Assembly: GCA_009885935.1 (NCBI GenBank)
Contig: VFJT01000063.1
Coordinates: forward strand, 1 to 55,224
DNA length: 55,224 nt
Direction: 5' to 3'
Origin: Gammaproteobacteria bacterium
GTDB lineage: Bacteria; Pseudomonadota; Gammaproteobacteria; UBA1113
A program made the position numbers and the translations under genes. The notes under the pieces were generated by a model. That model ran no database searches. It saw only the letters and a program-made list of their open reading frames with translations, and was not told the origin of the DNA. Of this stretch, positions 53,497 through 55,224 are shown in pieces; the first letter of the stretch is position 1, and each line of letters begins with the position of its first letter.

Positions 53497-55224
53497 ATGC
53501 ATGAATTCTATCGTAGAAACTTTACCAATATCGATTTATTGGACGGATGCTAGTTGTGTTATTTTAGGGGCAAATAAAACTTTTCTAAAAAACATTGGCG
53601 CAACTTCTCATGAAGAAATCATTGGAAAAACTCTTTATGATATATTTCCATATGAAATAGCAGATTGTATAAAAGAACATCATGATGAAGTTATACATGG
53701 AAAAGAAACCTTGTCCCGAGAAGAAAAAATCAGAGATATTGCTACTGGAAAATTTAAATATTTCATTACAGTAAAAGCTCCTTTATATAATGATAATGGG
53801 GTTCTCACTGGAAGTGTAAGCACTTCTATTGAAATCACTGCGCAGAAGCAAAAAGAATATGTAGCAGGCAATGTAAAAATATTAGATGAGCTTGATAAAA
53901 TCGCCTCTATTATTCCGGCACCTCTTTATTGGGAAGATGTCAATAGTGTTATTCTAGGCGGTAATGAAGCCGTTTTTAAAGAGACTGGTGCTTTGACTCG
54001 TGACGCTTATGTGGGTAAAACACTGTATGAACTCTATCCAGAAGAAATGGCCAATCAGATTAAACAGCATAATGAAAAGGTAATGCGAACTGGAGAAATT
54101 TTATCTCAGGAGGAAGCGATTGAAGATATTATTACTGGAGAGCTAAAATATTTTACAGCGGTTAAAGCACCTTTGTATGATGAGCAAGGTAATGTTATTG
54201 GTATAGTTGGAACATCTATTGATATTACCAGACAGAAGGAAGCTGAACGTTTAAAACTTGAAAATGAAATTCAGCTGCAGCAACAAGAAAAATTCACCAA
54301 ACTTGCCAATCAAGTGGCACACGATATACGTTCTCCATTGGCGAGCTTGGTAATGATTGTAAAGGCTTGCACGCAAATTCCAGAGGGAGATCGCATTGCG
54401 TTAAGAGAAGCCGCTATCACTATAGGAGATATAGCGAACCATTTATTACATCAATACCAGAAAAAAGACAAGATGGATGCAACTGAAAGTGAAGAACGTC
54501 AACCCATTTTAGTGTCTGCTGTTTTGATAGAATCCTTAAGCGCCAAAAAGTACCAATACGAGAATTTAGCCATTAAATTTGACGGTCATTTTAAAAGCCA
54601 TAGCCATTTTGCCTTTATTAAAATAGGATCCAGCGCTTTTAAGCGTATGCTGTCTAATTTAATCAACAATTCAGTAGATGCTTTCGACAATCAGCCAGGA
54701 AAAATAGATTTACAGTTAGAAGTGAATAATGAATGGGTTAAGATCATTATTCAAGATACAGGTAAAGGCATGTCGCCTGAATTGATTGACAAAATCATGC
54801 ATAAAACGGCTGTAACCGAGGGTAAAAAATCGGGACACGGACTAGGTTTAACTCAAGTTTGGGAAACTTTGGAGCACAATCAAGGCGAAATGCATATCGC
54901 CTCTGAACCGGGTAAAGGTACTACTATTACGCTCACCTTTCCTAGAGTGAAAGCACCCTACTGGATTGCAGAAGAAATAGCCCTAAACTCTAATGATACA
55001 GTTATTATTTTAGACGATGATACTTCCATACACGGCGCTTGGCGCGCACGGTTTGAAAGCATTTTGAATGAAAGCACGCAGATACAACTCAAACATTTTC
55101 AATTGGGCAAAGAAACATTGGAATACATTCAATCTTTAGCTGCAGATGAAAAAGAACAAATTTTTCTGCTTTCGGACTATGAACTGTTAAAGCAAGATTT
55201 GAATGGATTGCACATCATTGCACA
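53471..55224 (+). CDS. Hybrid sensor kinase PAS-PAS-HisKA-HATPase-REC (partial; runs off the window end)
   Basis: Absent from the ORF track because it has no stop in the window. The frame is open from 53468 to 55224. GTG 53471 has GGAGA 6 nt upstream and overlaps the NRPS 3' end by 26 nt; alternative ATG 53501. Two similar PAS units (LPISIYWTDASCVILGANKTF..., PAPLYWEDVNSVILGGNEAVF...). H-box VAHDIRSPL (His codon 54317-54319). GKGMSPE...GHGLGL. Then VIILDDD...FLLSDYEL, a receiver. Confidence 0.85.
   Translation, partial: MTKNLQPHECMNSIVETLPISIYWTDASCVILGANKTFLKNIGATSHEEIIGKTLYDIFPYEIADCIKEHHDEVIHGKETLSREEKIRDIATGKFKYFITVKAPLYNDNGVLTGSVSTSIEITAQKQKEYVAGNVKILDELDKIASIIPAPLYWEDVNSVILGGNEAVFKETGALTRDAYVGKTLYELYPEEMANQIKQHNEKVMRTGEILSQEEAIEDIITGELKYFTAVKAPLYDEQGNVIGIVGTSIDITRQKEAERLKLENEIQLQQQEKFTKLANQVAHDIRSPLASLVMIVKACTQIPEGDRIALREAAITIGDIANHLLHQYQKKDKMDATESEERQPILVSAVLIESLSAKKYQYENLAIKFDGHFKSHSHFAFIKIGSSAFKRMLSNLINNSVDAFDNQPGKIDLQLEVNNEWVKIIIQDTGKGMSPELIDKIMHKTAVTEGKKSGHGLGLTQVWETLEHNQGEMHIASEPGKGTTITLTFPRVKAPYWIAEEIALNSNDTVIILDDDTSIHGAWRARFESILNESTQIQLKHFQLGKETLEYIQSLAADEKEQIFLLSDYELLKQDLNGLHIIA

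Overview
This is a 55.2-kb window of roughly 40% GC by eye. Its gene content looks typical of a Legionellales-type intracellular gammaproteobacterium; that is an inference from PmrA-type TTAAT promoter boxes, an ankyrin-repeat protein and an LqsS/LqsR-like pair. There are about 45 protein genes.

Core blocks:
- zapD.
- A tightly packed minus-strand array: etfB, etfA, ald, M17 peptidase, rimK, rimB-like, APC antiporter, Orn/Lys/Arg decarboxylase.
- Two tandem mltD paralogues.
- clpB.
- ltaE, alaS, recX, recA, ppiD.
- degP and a ZIP transporter.
- mutH, queE, cpoB, pal, tolB, tolA, tolR, tolQ.
- phhB.

Accessory blocks:
1. 1-4305 is the int-proximal end of a P4/PICI-like integrative element (CHC2 primase, wHTH, AlpA, integrase, tRNA-Lys 3' fragment). 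It carries a 608-aa, ~30% GC orphan gene that starts 8 nt after the integrase stop.
2. 22.5-28.8 kb is an AT-rich islet of four orphan or eukaryote-like genes. Two of them sit behind PmrA-consensus boxes.
3. 45.2-55.2 kb holds a CqsS/LqsS-like kinase and an LqsR-like regulator, divergent from an aldo-keto reductase - NRPS (C-A-T-R) - PAS hybrid kinase operon. No CqsA/LqsA synthase is present. This is my top candidate for an undescribed signalling system.

The window also carries 13 loci of a GTAG-headed REP family, plus one unrelated inverted repeat. The family includes inverted doublets with compensatory stem changes and one copy translated inside tolR.

I saw no rRNA, no intact tRNA and no CRISPR array. 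All homology calls come from motif recognition by eye; no searches were run.
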